DNA of 63,168 bases, filler included, from Chiloscyllium plagiosum (taxonomy: Eukaryota), in NCBI RefSeq assembly GCF_004010195.1. It is 5 parts of one record of this genome, joined end to end, with 100 filler letters (N's around TTAATTAATTAA, not from the genome) between each part and the next. Parts side by side here need not be neighbours in the genome. Positions count along the whole stretch, not along the records: positions 13,446 to 34,819 come from NC_057712.1; positions 34,920 to 53,542 come from NC_057712.1; 3 more parts are not named here. The stretch is one strand, 5' to 3'. The position numbers were made by a program, and so were the translations under genes. Positions 23,700 through 36,270 of this stretch are shown one piece after another (position 1 is the stretch's first letter; each line of letters starts with the position of its first letter). The notes below the pieces were generated by a model. The model did no database searches. It was not told the DNA's origin and was given only the letters and a program-made list of their open reading frames with translations.

Positions 23700-24650
23700 A
23701 GACTGTAAATGTTACAGTCCCAGATGCTGTAGAAATGAAATGAGGTATGAAACAGAATTGGAATTTGTTCCACTCTGCTGTAAAAATATGAAATAGCTAT
23801 AGATTGAATAAAAATACTGTGAAATAAAATGCTCCAAGCTAGATCTCGGAAGCTGAGCATTTGAAGGCTTTGAAGACATCTTGAATCTTATATGCACTGT
23901 ATGAGTTCAACATCAGAGCTCACGAGAGGGGGAGACTATTGGTCAGTATGTGACAGCACTGACACATCAAGCTGAATCTTGCGAGTTTGGGCAATTGAAA
24001 GATGATCTCATCCGAGGCAGGATTCTCTTAGGCATATGTGGTCCTGATAGAACAGCACAACTACTGAAGGAGTAGAAATGGACATTGAAGAAAAGCGCAG
24101 GAGTTTGGGGGCTGTCAATAATCAGCTGAATGGATTAATTGGTGAAGGTGGAGGCTTTACATTATGCTGAGAACCAATCCAGGCTGAAGGAGAACAAAGC
24201 ATTGGGGAAAAAAAGGAAGACATATTTGCCCAAGGACCAATGGAAGATCAGGGCCAAGAGCAGGATGTCAATATTGTAGAGGACATCAGACCAAAGACAA
24301 GAAAGCATGTCCAGCATGTGGAAATCAGTGTTGAACTGCAAGATGCTGCATCACTTTACTCACAAGGGCTTAGCTAAAAAGAAGCAAAGCAAGCTTAGAA
24401 GCTAGCTGCTGAAGGGATGTCAGATAACGATACCAACAAATCACTCTACACCATTGAACAGATTGGCATTGTCAAGTTTAAAGCTGAGGAATTGTTTGTG
24501 ATTGTTAGAATGCTGACTACAGAAGGAGAGCATTAAGTAAACATGAAGTGTCAGGTAAACCGTGAAGTTATGTTTAACACGATGAGCTTGCAGACCAGAA
24601 CAAAGTGGCTCAAAATGGTGACTCTAAAATCTAGTCTTGAAATATAGGGA
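23700..24650 (+). mobile_element. Ty3/Gypsy LTR-retrotransposon gag(-protease) relic
   Basis: EGETIGQYVTALTHQAESCEFGQLKDDLIRGRILLGIC (about 23926-24039) and a double zinc knuckle GCQYCRGHQTKDKKACPACGNQC/CKMLHHF (about 24263-24360). Frameshifted. Confidence 0.8.
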
Positions 24651-24999
24651 TTGATTGAAAGGTTGTCTTTCCTTTCAAGTACAAGCACTTCTATATTAAA
24701 TCTTACAAAATCTCCCATATCACTGCTAGGACTAAAGCAATTGATACAGGAGTACAAGATGATGTTGCATAAAGATACATACTCTTTAATTCAAGAAGTT
24801 ATTCATGTTCTGCATTCCCAAAATTAATGACTTATATATTTATTATTGAGGTGCAGGTGAATTTATGGATAGCAAGAAACAATGCTCTTAAGTAGCACTA
24901 ACCCATCTATAAGTGCTGTTTCAAGATACAATCTCTGTCAACCATGTTATAGTGGGATCACAGTATATTGTGGCTATAAGAACAGATCACAGCTGAGGT

Positions 25000-25445
25000 A
25001 TTCTGTGGTGAGTGACTCAACTCCTGACTCCCTAGTTATTACACATTTATACAATACAATACAGGAGTGTAATGGAATACTTGCCATTGCCTAGATGAGT
25101 ACAGCTCCAACAACACAACAACCACCTTCAACAATCACACCCTCTCCAGTGGGCACTCAGTACCACTTAAAAGCAGCACTGCAATAACTTGCATGGCTTG
25201 CTCAACAGCACTAGTCTCAACAATGACATCTATCGCCAAGAAAGATACAGAAAGCAGCTGCCAAGGAACATGCTTGTCAGATTCTTTCTCCTCTCTTTGC
25301 CATTCTAACGTGGAATTATGTTGCTTTTCCTTCACTGTTGCTATGTAAATCCTGGAACACACTCTTTCACGGTGGGCTGTAACTCCATCACACACTGGAT
25401 GTAGGGTTAAAGTAAGCAGCTCAAAACAAACTTCTGAAGGCAATT
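25000..25445 (+). mobile_element. Ancient LINE 3' remnant
   Basis: Shares ccttcactgttgct...aatcctggaa...agcagctca...aaggcaatt with 32440-32680 and 41000-41110. Confidence 0.55.
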
Positions 25446-25775
25446 GGGGTGGCATAGTGGCACAGCGGTTAGCACAATGCAAGGGACCTGGGTTCAATTC
25501 CAGCCTTGAGTGACTGTCTACGTGGAGTTTGCACGTTCTTCCTGTGTCTGCGTGGGTTTCCTCCCATAGTCCAAACCTGTGCAGGTTAGGTGGGTTGGCC
25601 ATGCTAAATTGCTCCACGGAGTCCAGGATGGGCAGGCTAGGTGGAATAGTCATGGTAAATGTGGGGTTACAGGGATAGGGTCAGGGGTGGGTCTGGGAAG
25701 GATGCTTGTCAGTGGGTTAATGCAGACTCCATGGACTGAATGGCCTCTTTCCGTATTGTAGGGATTCTCTGATTC
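25446..25775 (+). mobile_element. HE1-type SINE
   Basis: ggggtggcatagtggcacagcggttagcac...gggttcaattcc...ccgtattgtagggattctctgattcta. Confidence 0.88.
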
Positions 25776-26297
25776 TAACAAATTAGAGTGACCCCATATT
25801 GTGAGACTGACATTTGTTTCTAAACAATCTAATTTCATGCTTTCAACCGTTCCTATTTTGTGGCACCTTACCTCTTCGGCTACAAGAGCAGGCCAGAGAA
25901 TGGGTATTGCGCAGCAAGTGACTCAACTCCCGACTCCTCAAGTCTTTTCACCACCTACAAGGCACAAGGCAGGCGTTAACATTGGGAAGGCAGGACTAGG
26001 AGCTCATTCCAAGACAAAATAAATCAAACTGAGTAAATTTACTTTGTCCACTCTTGTTTTGAGTAAAACAGCCAGTTTGCACATATGACAGAATTATTAC
26101 GCAAGAATAAGAAAAACTATGAAAGTAGTTTTCACAATTCCCTTAAAGTGGTGCAGATCTGCATTACACTTATGTGATATTATTCTGGAAGGAGGTTTAT
26201 GTGCTACATTCCTTTGATTTTCATCTTTAGTTTTTTTTTCTATTCAAGGATCCAAGCTCTACACAAAAGGCATTGAGGAAGGTGCCTAATGTGCCAC

Positions 26298-26717
26298 AGT
26301 CAGAGTCATACAGCAGAGACCCTTCAGCCCACCAAGTATGTGCTGACCTACCTATACTCATCTCACTTTCCAGCACTTGACCCAAACCCTTGAACGTTAT
26401 GACACTTCAATGCTCATCCACGTACTTGAAGGTTGTGAGGTTTCCCACCTCTACTACTCTCTGACATAGTGCATTCCAGATTCCCACCACCTTCTGGGAG
26501 AAAAACATTTCCTCAAAATCCCTCTCCAGACTTTGACTTAAAAACTATGCCCTCTCATTATTGACCCTTTAACTAAGGGGAATAGCTGCTTTGTATCCAC
26601 CCTGTTCAAGCCCCTTATAATCTTATACACATCTATCAGGTTCCTCCTTAGCCTTCTCTGTTCTAAAGAAAATAATCTGAGTTTATCCCACCTTTTTTCA
26701 AACTAAATTGCTCCACA
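26298..26717 (-). mobile_element. Degenerate CR1 3' end
   Basis: Colinear with younger CR1 3' ends. Confidence 0.72.
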
Positions 26718-27321
26718 TAAACTGATGCACCATGATGGGAGTGGCTCGGCTTGCCCTACAGCTGGGTAGTACAGGGTGAAGTTGAATAATTCCATTGTCC
26801 AGCGATGTTTTGTGCTTGGCAGATCAAAAGAGGTACAACAATACATTTATAGCTTAAAATTAAGGGTGCGAGCAGCAGAGAACCTTACAGCAAGTGTTCT
26901 GGCGGCATTGATGATTACCAGACGATAGAGATAAGGGCTCGAGTCTTTGTTGTTTGATACTATGAGTATGGTTCACTCAGCTTTATAAATACAGATTCCA
27001 TCCTCCTCCAGCTTTACCGCTCAAATGACAAAAAAGTGTTACTAGAATTACAAGTTTTCCTTTGAGAATTATAATTATTTCTTAACTTAATCCAGTTTTA
27101 TTCTCTCAACAATAAACCATTTATCTTGTGGAAAAGAGATCTCAGTGCTTACAGAGCCCTTGTACAATCTTAGAATGGTCACACCACAGCAAGTCATTCA
27201 GCGTCGCATAGCCAGGCCAATTTTCAACAGGAACATCTCAACTCCTTCACTTCCCTGTATGGCTTTTCCTCATAATAGTCCAATTCCCTTTGGAAGGCAT
27301 GATTAAATCTGCCTCCACCAT

Positions 27322-27460
27322 ACACAGAGTAGACAGGCAGGAGGCTGGAAGAACACAGCAAACCAGGCAGCATCAGGAGGTGGAGAGGTCAATGTTTCAG
27401 GTATAACCTTGTTTCAGTTGCCTGTCAGCTCTGGATTTCAGCTTCTGCAGTTTGTTTGTT
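27322..27460 (-). mobile_element. Old miniature PLE terminus inserted in a decayed CR1 (about 27170-27900)
   Basis: Reverse pLTR tip, degenerate hammerhead (27391-27417), tail ttcagcttctgcagttt. TCCACCA repeated on both sides. Confidence 0.6.
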
Positions 27461-28207
27461 TCCACCACATAGGGACAGGGCAATTCAGATCCTAAACTGT
27501 TCATTAAAGAAATCTCTCACTTCATCTCTGGTTCTTTTGCCAGTGACTTTGAATTTGTCTGCTTTGGTTCCTAACCCTTTAGTCAACAGGAACAGTTCTA
27601 CCTCTTTACTCTGTACAGAATCCTCAAGGTTTTGAACACCAAACTCTCTATGAAGTCTCTGCCTTCGATAATGCCAACAGCAGTCCAGATTCTCCAATCT
27701 GACTGGACAGTGGGGATCACTTAGCTCTTCTTAGAAATTGTTTTGCAGCCTTTCTAATCACTTTGAAAATTTTCTAAAAAGGTTGGAGACAGCATTTGAC
27801 ATTATAATTCAGTTGGCGATTATACTGTTTTAAAAAGGCTCATCATTTCATCATTGATGCCTGCATTTATTAATGTCCAACATACCAAGAACCTTTTTAA
27901 GTAGTTTCACAACCGGCTCTGCCACCTTCAACAATTTGTGCCCATTTTCTTCTACTCCTGCACCAGTTTTACTTGAATTCTTTTTTTTATTTCTTCTCAT
28001 TCTTCTTACTGACATCTATCACTTCATATTTTATCAAATTTCATCTGTCATTCTATCAGCCTATGCCCTGTTGAAATCGAATCACTATCCTTCTCATAAC
28101 AGAGGATATTTTGAGGATTTGAAATTATGCCCTACGTTTCCAAGTAAGGATCATTAATGTAGATCAAAAAAAACCCAGTGGCCTCATACTGTGTCCTGGG
28201 AACCAGA

Positions 28208-28556
28208 AGATCATAAGATATCAGAACAGAATTAGGCCATTTGACTCATCAATTCTGCCCCACTATTCGATCCTGGTTGATATGTTTCTCAACCCCCTTC
28301 TCATGCCTTCTCTCTATAACCCTTATTCCTCTAACTAATCAACAGCCTATCTATCTCTGTAGTAAATATACTCAATGACTTGTCCTTCACAGCCCTTTGC
28401 AGAAGAGTTCTATAGATTCACCACCTGTGAAGAAATTCCTCCTCATCTCGGTTCTAAAGGGTAATCCCTTCACTCTGAGGCTGTGCCCGAATCTCTGAGA
28501 CTGGGTCCTAGTCTCTCCTACTAGTGGAAACATCTTCTCCATGTCCATTCTATCCC
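28208..28556 (-). mobile_element. CR1 3' fragment
   Basis: DRMDMEKMFPLVGETRT...GHSLRVKGLPFRTEMRRNFF. Confidence 0.8.
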
Positions 28557-28683
28557 CACTATCTATCTTTCTCCAGTCCAAAAAACAATGGTTCATCCCA
28601 CTATTTCCAGTCACTTGGTCAACTTTGTGTCCATGCTGATTTTATTTCACGAGCTTTATTTTGTCAACAATATACTGTTGGCT

Positions 28684-29210
28684 AGAATCACTGAGATTGA
28701 CAACATGGAAAAAGGCCCTTCAGCCTATTGCATCAAAGTTGGTCAAAAACAACCACCTGACTATTCTAATCCCATTTTCCAGCACCTGGCCAAGAGCATC
28801 CCAAGTGCACATCTAAATTTTGAGGCTTTACAAGCAGTGAGTTCTAGATTGTCACCAGCCGCTGGGTGAAAATGTTTTTCCTCTCCTCTAAACCTCCTGC
28901 TCTTTCCCTTAAATCTAAACCCTCCAGTCAGTGATCCCTCCAACAAGGATGTTTGCCTGTCTATGCCCCTCGATACATCTCAATCATGTACCCCCTCAGT
29001 TTCTTCTGTTCCAAGGGAAAAAAACGACAGTCTGTCCAATCTCTCTTCATAACTGAAACTCTCTAGCCCAGGCAACACCCCGGTAAATCTCCTCTGCATC
29101 CTCTCCAGTGCTATCACATCACTCCTACAATGTGGATTCCAGAACTGCTCACAATCCTCTAGCTGCGGCCTAATCAATGCTTCATACCATTCCAGTATCA
29201 CCTCATACTG
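28684..29210 (-). mobile_element. CR1 3' fragment
   Basis: LIRPQLEDCEQFWNPH...LERMQRRFTGVLPGLESFSYEERL. Confidence 0.8.
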
Positions 29211-30390
29211 CAGCCGGACTCCAGAAAAACACAAATGTCAGTACACAGGCTGTCAGCCATCCCCAACCACAACCTAGCCTTGAAATTCTTTCTGGTCAAT
29301 ATTCAACAAATGTATGAGAGCCTTGAGAAAGATTTCACACATAGAAGATCAATCAAAAGCAAATTCTTTCAAAACACTCGCCTTCAATGTGTTTTAGAAT
29401 CCACTACAGTTCACATTCTCTCCCACTGCATATGGTATGGATCAGTCCTTTTCTTCTCTCAGAATAATAGTCAAAACATAATAAGTCACAATGGAGATTT
29501 TCCAATCCAGATGGTTTTATTCAGACAAAAGTCAAGGTGAGCCATGTGTTTTCACAACCTTTTCCCTGTAACTCCTAAGGCTCAAACAGTAAAATCACAC
29601 AATAACTACCAAATGGAACAGCTAATATTGCTGTACAATGAAAGACTCATCAGTTTACTAATGACACTAATCAGTGGCTCATAAGCAATTCATCAAGGCA
29701 GAAAGCAATTTCTCATTAAAATTAAAGACAAAAACTAAGTACACCTGCTGTGTTTCAGTGGTTTAGGTTAAAATGAATTATTGTACCAGTTTACAGTTAA
29801 TTGCATCAGCTTATAATATATAATTTATCACATCAAATTGCCCTGTGAACACTTTAACAGCGGTCACTATTTTAATGCTTAGATTGCTAAAAGGGCTTCA
29901 GAAAATGCTGGTTTCCCGAAGCAAGAAGTTTTACATGCTTTCACTGCACACTTGGACATCGAAAGAATCACCAACATTCTAATAATACTACTCAAATGTC
30001 AAAAGACTTTACTTTTTACAGTACCATTAACTCTCTGGATCTCAAAGGCAGATCTTATCAGAAGGTTTTAGTCTACTCCCTCCTTTCCTTTGTTGTATCT
30101 TTAAAGTACAATTTAAAACTTCCTTTCCCTCACCATCCTTCTACTGCCCAAGGCTCCTTTAACTTCCTATCTTCCTTCCCTCCTGTAACACAGCTTTTCT
30201 ATCCTCCAACTTAGCCAACATTTTAGAGGTGGGAGAAGGATTTAAATTAGAATTTTACTGACAAGAGTAGAATCAGAGACAGGAATAATCAATATGGATT
30301 TGCGATGCTAATTAATTGACTAACAACTTGACGAACAGGCCTCAACACATGCCATCTGAATGTTGTACTCCTTATCTAATTTGCCCACAA

Positions 30391-31019
30391 GGAATTTAAT
30401 TCAGATAAATGCAAGGTGCTGCATTTGGGAAAGCAAATCTTAGCAGGACTTATACACTTAATGGTAAGGTCCTGGGGAGTGTTGCTGAACAAAGAGACCT
30501 TGGAGCGCAGGTTTATAGCTCCTTCAAAGTGGAGTCGCAGGTAGATAGGATAGTGAAGAAGGTGTTTGGTATGCTTTCCTTTATTGGTCAGAGTATTGAG
30601 TACAGGAGTTGGGAGGTCATGTTGCGGCTGTACAGGACATTGGTTAGGCCACTGTTGGAATACTGTGTGCAATTCTGGTCTCCTTCATATCGAAAAGATG
30701 TTGTGAAAGTTGAAAGGGTTCAGAAAAGATTTACAAGGATTGGAGGATTTGAGCTATAGGGAGAGGCTAAACAGGCTGAGATTGTTTTCACTGGAGCATC
30801 GGAGGTCGAGGGGTGACCTTATAGAGGTTTACAAAATTATGAGGGGCATGGATAGGATAAATANNNNNNNACATTTAAGAGGCATTTGGATGGGTATATG
30901 AATAGGAAGGGTTTGGAGGGATATGGGCCAGGTGCTGGCAGATGTGACTAGATTAGGATGGGATATCTGGTCGGCATGGACGGGTTGGACCGAAGGGTCT
31001 GTTTCTGTGCTGTACATTT
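30391..31019 (+). mobile_element. Young CR1/HER1 3' fragment
   Basis: EQRDLGAQV...[32 protein letters not shown]. Ends at an N gap. Confidence 0.93.
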
Positions 31020-32001
31020 NNNNNNNNNNNNNNNNNNNNNNNNNNNNNNNNNNNNNNNNNNNNNNNNNNNNNNNNNNNNNNNNNNNNNNNNNNNNNNNNN
31101 NNNNNNNNNNNNNNNNNNNNNNNNNNNNNNNNNNNNNNNNNNNNNNNNNNNNNNNNNNNNNNNNNNNNNNNNNNNNNNNNNNNNNNNNNNNNNNNNNNNN
31201 NNNNNNNNNNNNNNNNNNNNNNNNNNNNNNNNNNNNNNNNNNNNNNNNNNNNNNNNNNNNNNNNNNNNNNNNNNNNNNNNNNNNNNNNNNNNNNNNNNNN
31301 NNNNNNNNNNNNNNNNNNNNNNNNNNNNNNNNNNNNNNNNNNNNNNNNNNNNNNNNNNNNNNNNNNNNNNNNNNNNNNNNNNNNNNNNNNNNNNNNNNNN
31401 NNNNNNNNNNNNNNNNNNNNNNNNNNNNNNNNNNNNNNNNNNNNNNNNNNNNNNNNNNNNNNNNNNNNNNNNNNNNNNNNNNNNNNNNNNNNNNNNNNNN
31501 NNNNNNNNNNNNNNNNNNNNNNNNNNNNNNNNNNNNNNNNNNNNNNNNNNNNNNNNNNNNNNNNNNNNNNNNNNNNNNNNNNNNNNNNNNNNNNNNNNNN
31601 NNNNNNNNNNNNNNNNNNNNNNNNNNNNNNNNNNNNNNNNNNNNNNNNNNNNNNNNNNNNNNNNNNNNNNNNNNNNNNNNNNNNNNNNNNNNNNNNNNNN
31701 NNNNNNNNNNNNNNNNNNNNNNNNNNNNNNNNNNNNNNNNNNNNNNNNNNNNNNNNNNNNNNNNNNNNNNNNNNNNNNNNNNNNNNNNNNNNNNNNNNNN
31801 NNNNNNNNNNNNNNNNNNNNNNNNNNNNNNNNNNNNNNNNNNNNNNNNNNNNNNNNNNNNNNNNNNNNNNNNNNNNNNNNNNNNNNNNNNNNNNNNNNNN
31901 NNNNNNNNNNNNNNNNNNNNNNNNNNNNNNNNNNNNNNNNNNNNNNNNNNNNNNNNNNNNNNNNNNNNNNNNNNNNNNNNNNNNNNNNNNNNNNNNNNNN
32001 N

Positions 32002-32285
32002 GGTGAGGACCAGTTCAGCCAAACGAATGAGAGTGTCGGTGGAAAGGTACTGTTGTGGACGTCGTGAGAGGAAAAAACAGAGGACTTGGAGGACACTGGT
32101 CATGGCAGATGGTGGTGTAGAGGGATGGGATGTCTATGGTGAAGATGAGGCGTTGGGGGCCGGGGAAATGGAAGTCTTGGAAGAGGTGGAGGGTGTGGGT
32201 GGTGTCTCAAACATATGTGGGAAGTTCCTGGATAAGGGGGATAGGACAGTATCGAGGTAGGTGGAGATGAGTTTGGTTCTGTCAG
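32002..32285 (-). mobile_element. PLE reverse-transcriptase fragment
   Basis: Matches 47320-47560 (LDTVLSPL.QELPTY...IFT.DI.SLYT...LAELVLT). Confidence 0.85.
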
Positions 32286-32829
32286 AGTCACTGAGTTCCT
32301 GGCCTCATTTAAGTTTTGGTGCAAACAGGAAGAAAAGAGTTGAACTCAGAGGTAAGATGAAGATGACTGCCCTGGCCATCAAGATAGCATCTGACCAAGC
32401 GTGGCATAAGGAGCCCAAACTAAAGACCTTTCCAATCTGGAAGAACACGGGCAACAAGTGCTTGGGAACACCTCCACCTGCAAAAATCGCTCCAAACTCT
32501 GACCTGGAACTAAATCATTGTTCCTTCACTATAGTCAGGTCAAAATCCTGGAATTTCCCTGCTTCCATTAGCTTTATTGGTCTAGCTGCCTAATACACAC
32601 TGCAGTGATTCAAGAAGGAGACTCACCAATGACTTTCTAAAAGGCAATCAGGAATGTGTAACAATTGCTTGCCTTGCTTGTGAGGAACAGAAGTAGGCCT
32701 CGGGCCTGTTCCATTGTTCAACTGGCTCATGGCTGATCTGACACCCCTCCACTTTCCTCTATTCATCAAGGATTTCTCTATCTCAGCTTTAAATATAAAT
32801 AAGGACTCTGCCCTCACACCTCTGACAGA

Positions 32830-32970
32830 ACTGACTCCGTTCTGATGAAGGGTCATCGGATCCGAAATGTTAATTCTAGTTTTCTCTCTGCAATTAGGAA
32901 CTGGTGTGCTGAGTTTCTCTGGCAATATCTGCTTTTCAGATCTTCAGCACCTGCTGGTTTTTGTTTTATT
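32830..32970 (+). mobile_element. Old PLE pLTR tip with hammerhead motif and tail
   Basis: CTGATGAA-GGGTC-ATCG-GATCC-GAAAT-GTT (32842-32871) and tail ttcagatcttcagcacctgctgg. Confidence 0.7.
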
Positions 32971-33824
32971 ACATTCCTTAACTTCTTATCTTCAGGGACT
33001 GTTTCAGAATCTAGGGACTTTTGAAAAAACAGCTGTCCAAAGGATTTGTTGGATTTTAGTCCCGAGTTTCTGCAGTACTTTTTCTCTGCCTTAATAGGTT
33101 AATGCACAGGAGCCCAAGACTGGGGATAAAGGAGGCATTTTCAAGTTGGTGGGTTATAACCAATGGAGAGTCACATAGCTGAATCTCTAACATTGATCTA
33201 TGTACAATCTACAATTAAATGACATCGAGGTAGAAACAGAGAGTGATATACTTAGGTTTGCAGATAATAAAAGTTCAATGGGAAATGTAGTTGTGAAGAC
33301 AACAAAAACAGGCTAGAAAGAGATAAAGGCAGATTGAGTGAGTGGACAACACAATGGTTGATGGGAGTATAATGTGGGGGAAAAATGAGATTATTCACTT
33401 TGTAAGTATGGTGCACATCCTGCAACTGCACTGGGACAAAAAATCGGTGTCACTGATGTCAATGTTGTCCTGGAACAAGAAGCTGGTGCCAAGCCCATCG
33501 AGTTGGGTGTATGTGGTGCCACTGATGTGTAAGGAATCCTCAACAGTATCACTCCACATTCAGCTCTGCTCAGTACCCCCACTCCCTTGCTTACCACTCT
33601 ACTTGTATTCCCTTTCAGAGCCCTCACTCACTGTCACTTGCATCTTATTCTCTCACTCCCGTGGAGGGTGAGCAACACTCCACAGCAGGGAGCTGTTGGA
33701 ATGCTCAAATGTTGGGAGTGGGCAGTAAGCAAATCACAATCCCTGCATTTCAATTCTCCTAAAATATCTGAAAAATCCACTGATTTGATTGCTCCTGTTC
33801 TTTGACGCAGACACCTTGCTGGTG

Positions 33825-34089
33825 TCATAGAATCCCTACAGTGTGGAAGCAGGCCATTCAGCCCACTAAGTCCATACCAACCTTCTGAAGAGCATCCCAC
33901 CTTGACCCAAACCTTACCCTATCCCTGTAACCCTGCATTTCCCATGGCTAATCCACCTAGCCTGCACACCCCTGGGGACTATGGGCAATTTAGCATGGCA
34001 ATCCACTTAATCTTGGGATCATGGGAGGAAACTGGAGCACCCAGAGGAAATCCACACAGACACGGGAGAACATGCAAACTCACACAGAC
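33825..34089 (-). mobile_element. HE1-type SINE, head truncated at the DNA transposon junction
   Basis: Tail and body are present. Homology stops at cacacagac, where other copies continue agtcgcc. Confidence 0.87.
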
Positions 34090-34819
34090 CAGGATGGGAC
34101 CATTCGCCACAGCAGATTCGCCGACGACGATTAGCCACTGCCCTTTGACCACCGAGGACGCTTAGCCACCGGCCATTGGACACTGGAGACAATTCGCCAC
34201 CGCAAATATGTCGTATATTTTATTTAACAACGTTTAGAATGTTAGAGAACAAGCATATCTAAACTATATAAAATTGTTGTTATATTGGTTAAGGTAGGGT
34301 TTGCGTTGTTTCAGTAACAACTTATTTTCATTATAGGAGAGGTTGCTTTTTCAGCTTTACTTTTCCATTTACCCTCAATTCTTCAAAATGGAAACAGAAA
34401 TTATTAGTAAACGTGGAAATAAGAAGTTTTACCACGATGGTTTTATATATGTTTTTGATAATATTTGAAACATTCTTGGATAGTTTAAGTTTTGGTGATG
34501 TGAACAAAGGGGCCGGTGTAATGGACGTATCCACATTAAGAGTGGCACTGTGATAAAAACAATAAATGAACACACACATTTCCCTTCCGCAGCAAGTGTC
34601 CAAGTTGCGAAAGTGAAAACAAGTTTAAAATGTCGTGCAGAAGAATCGCAGAAAATTGTTCTTGAATACAGTGAAAGAGATTGTTTGGAATATCTTAGAG
34701 GAATAGCGCATAACTATCAAATGAACTAAAATTTCATTGTTTAATATTAATGTGGGATTTTACTGCCATTATAAAGATTTTTAAAATATATTTCCTTTTT
34801 CTGGTTAAAGTTTGTAACT
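34090..34819 (+). mobile_element. Internally deleted FLYWCH/MULE (Mutator superfamily) DNA transposon; right end lost in the linker
   Basis: Seven subterminal ATTCGCCAC-like repeats (34102-34200). Pseudo-ORF 34388-34729 encodes a FLYWCH finger fused to a C-terminal YLRGIAHN motif. Confidence 0.8.
34388..34729 (+). pseudogene. Transposase relic: FLYWCH zinc finger plus extreme C-terminus, catalytic domain absent
   Basis: METEIISKRGNKKFYHDGFIYVFDNI*NILG*FKFW*CEQRGRCNGRIHIKSGTVIKTINEHTHFPSAASVQVAKVKTSLKCRAEESQKIVLEYSERDCLEYLRGIAHNYQMN* in one frame with three internal stops. Confidence 0.8.
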
Positions 34820-34919
34820 NNNNNNNNNNNNNNNNNNNNNNNNNNNNNNNNNNNNNNNNNNNNTTAATTAATTAANNNNNNNNNNNNNNNNNNNNNNNNN
34901 NNNNNNNNNNNNNNNNNNN
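34820..34919. other. Synthetic assembly linker N44-TTAATTAATTAA-N44
   Basis: Same 100-bp structure as at 13346. Confidence 0.95.
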
Positions 34920-35590
34920 CTTTTTGAGTTTTCTGCCTCATTGATACCATTGTCTTTCTTGACTTCCCTTGTTCTAACTTTCCCTTCAATTTCCTTCTTA
35001 AACTTCCAGTTTGTCCCCTCCCCCCCGCTATTTAGTTTAAACGTAACTGTGATGCTGTAGCAAACCTGCCTGCCAGAATGCTGGTCCCTAATCTATTAAG
35101 GTGCAAACCGTCTCTCTTGTATAATTTATGTTTACCACAAAACATACCCTGGTGATCCAAGAATTTAAATCCTGCACCAGTTTCCCAGCCACACGTTCAA
35201 GTCCATTATCTCCCTGTTCCTGGCCTCACCAGCTCGAGGAACTGGAAGCAAACTGGAGATAACCACCCTTGGACGTCCTGCTTTTCAGCCTTCTTCCTAG
35301 TTCTCCGAAGTCCCGCTGTAGTATGTTCCTCCTCTTCTTCCCGACATCATTTGTGCCGACATGTACCACCACCTCTGGCTCTTCACCTTTGTCCTTGAGG
35401 ATTTCCTGCACTCTGTGATGTCTTTAACCCTGGCATCAGGAAGGCAACACACCATCCTTAAGTTCCGCCTGCTGCCACAAAAACCCCAATCAGTTCCTCT
35501 CACTATGGAGTCCCCTATTACCACGGGTCTGTGTGATGTCCAACTCTTCCGCTCTGCCTCCACGCCAACTTTTGATTGACAAACCTGGCC
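34920..35590 (-). mobile_element. CR1 ORF1 esterase region (second subfamily)
   Basis: VVIGDSIVRGTDWGFCG...MVCCLPDARV / EVVVHVGTNDVG. Confidence 0.87.
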
Positions 35591-35624
35591 GCCTAGTCTT
35601 CATGGTAACCATGGAAAAGAATAG

Positions 35625-36270
35625 TAATTTTTTTTAAATGGTGAGAAACTTCTAATTGCTGATATTCAAAGACATATTGTTACGGCATATTGTTCTTTAC
35701 TGCAAGAAGGTTTAAGTACAAGAACAAAGAAGGCTTGCTACAATTATTCAAAGCTTTGTAAGAAAATACCTGGAATACTTTGTGTGCAACTGAGGACTCC
35801 ATATTTAAAGAAAGACATATTTGCATTGAAGAGAGTAAAGCAATGATTCAATAGATTGGTCCCTGGGATGAATGTCTGAGTATGTTTGGTCTATACTCTC
35901 TGGTGTTTAGATGATGATAGCTCATCTTATTGAAACTCTGGGGATTATGCAGACACTTGACAGGGTAGATATTGAAATGTTATTTCCCGGCTTAGAAATC
36001 TAGAAAATGGGGTCAGAGCCTCAGGATAAGAATGAGGAGAAATTTCTCCTCTCAAAAGGGTTGTGTGAATCTTTAGAACTCTATCCCAGAGGGTCAGGGA
36101 TACATCATCAGAGTATATTTAAGGCTGTGATAGACAGATTTTTTGGTCTCTTACAGAATCAAGAGTCATCAGATGCAGATAGGAATATGCAGTTGGACCT
36201 GAGCTGAGCAATGATCATATTGAATGGTGGAGCAGGTTTGAGGGCACAATATCTTTTTTCTGTACCTATT
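35625..36270 (+). mobile_element. Degenerate CR1 3' part
   Basis: Decayed cctggaatact..., gaatgaggagaaatttctcctctca..., ttgaatggtggagcagg. Confidence 0.65.

Noticed and set aside
30829..32260. ORFs of 369-445 aa spanning N runs (also at 43829, 46466 and 47626)
   Set aside because: Length comes from X residues across gaps; the real parts are CR1 or PLE fragments.
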